Below, piece by piece: positions 63,794 to 64,000 of a stretch of 64,000 nt of DNA (the stretch's first letter is position 1; the number at the start of each line of letters is the position of its first letter). Source of the DNA: an uncultured Candidatus Saccharibacteria bacterium (lineage in GTDB: Bacteria; Patescibacteriota; Minisyncoccia; Phycocordibacterales; JACOZG01); the NCBI GenBank assembly GCA_964648765.1, contig CAZYLF010000002.1:3537-67536 (forward strand), given 5' to 3'. Under the pieces are notes generated by a model. The model saw nothing but the letters and a program-made list of their open reading frames with translations. It searched no databases and had not been told where the DNA came from. The position numbers were made by a program, and so were the translations under genes.

Positions 63794-64000
63794 ATGAATG
63801 AAAATTATGAGGTACAGAAAAATACAGAATTTATATCCCTTGCAACAGAGTTAAGTGTGGAAATAAGTGGTGAGAGATTCCCTTTCCCAGGTATTGATCC
63901 AGATGCTTACCTCAAACTTAAAGCAGTTGATGCCGAGTATCCCGGCTACACTACTCCCACCGATGAACTGATCACTAGATTGGAAAATGAGGGATTTAAA
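63794..64000 (+). CDS. 5' part of a gene continuing beyond window end; hypothetical
   Basis: ATG follows a TATAAT element and the frame stays open to the window edge (MNENYEVQKNTEF…). Confidence 0.4.
   Translation, partial: MNENYEVQKNTEFISLATELSVEISGERFPFPGIDPDAYLKLKAVDAEYPGYTTPTDELITRLENEGFK

Noticed and set aside
1-64000. rRNA genes, CRISPR-cas loci, transposase/IS elements
   Set aside because: No rRNA-like conserved stretches, no identical short direct-repeat arrays and no transposase-like ORFs were recognised anywhere in the window.

Overview
This 64-kb bacterial window has moderate GC (about 45-50%) with an AT-rich island at about 21.7-33.1 kb. It is gene-dense, many genes are small stand-alone ORFs, and the intergenic regions are stereotyped: TTGACA-N16-18-(TGc)TAGTTT/TATAAT promoters and GC-hairpin plus T-run terminators. 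Recognisable genes include tRNA-Ala(GGC) and a MATE transporter. There is also a DegT-aminotransferase::FAD-oxidase fusion, DoxX, a bPH membrane protein, DUF2585, an M15 D,D-peptidase, an IMPase-family gene, VOC proteins, a cold-shock protein, a FAD monooxygenase, a SAM methyltransferase, GNAT, a PurN-like formyltransferase, a MOSC protein and a copper-resistance locus (csoR-copA-YHS-DUF305-HMA protein). The most interesting regions are: (1) a complete ubiquitin-like conjugation operon, read on the minus strand as E2-like (570 aa) - JAB/JAMM peptidase - short ThiF-type E1 - beta-grasp Ubl. It sits in a 5.8-kb segment bounded by ~100-bp direct repeats that duplicate the 3' end and terminator of the neighbouring gene. 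(2) A tRNA-Asn(GUU) gene split by a ~580-nt group I intron that encodes an HNH homing endonuclease. Its 3' exon overlaps the stop of a large serine recombinase, which begins an AT-rich integrated island. (3) Within that island, an iteron-like 6x61-bp degenerate repeat array next to a wHTH Rep-like gene. (4) Also in the island, a tightly coupled four-gene operon Fic - N6-adenine MTase - DUF262/HNH nuclease - 1612-aa STAND (Avs-like) NTPase with a putative N-terminal nuclease domain; this is a candidate composite defence system. (5) A three-member paralogous family of ~175-aa proteins (12870-13424, 49678-50205, 52626-53102). Two copies flank a classical AAA ATPase with a ~250-aa N-terminal domain plus a 158-aa partner, and one has a perfect 18-bp palindromic operator. 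Several genes appear leaderless (TGcTAnAAT-N6-8-ATG). No rRNA and no CRISPR array were found. Taxonomy cannot be determined from the sequence alone. The abundance of small orphan genes and the intron-containing tRNA would be compatible with an uncultivated lineage, but this is speculation.
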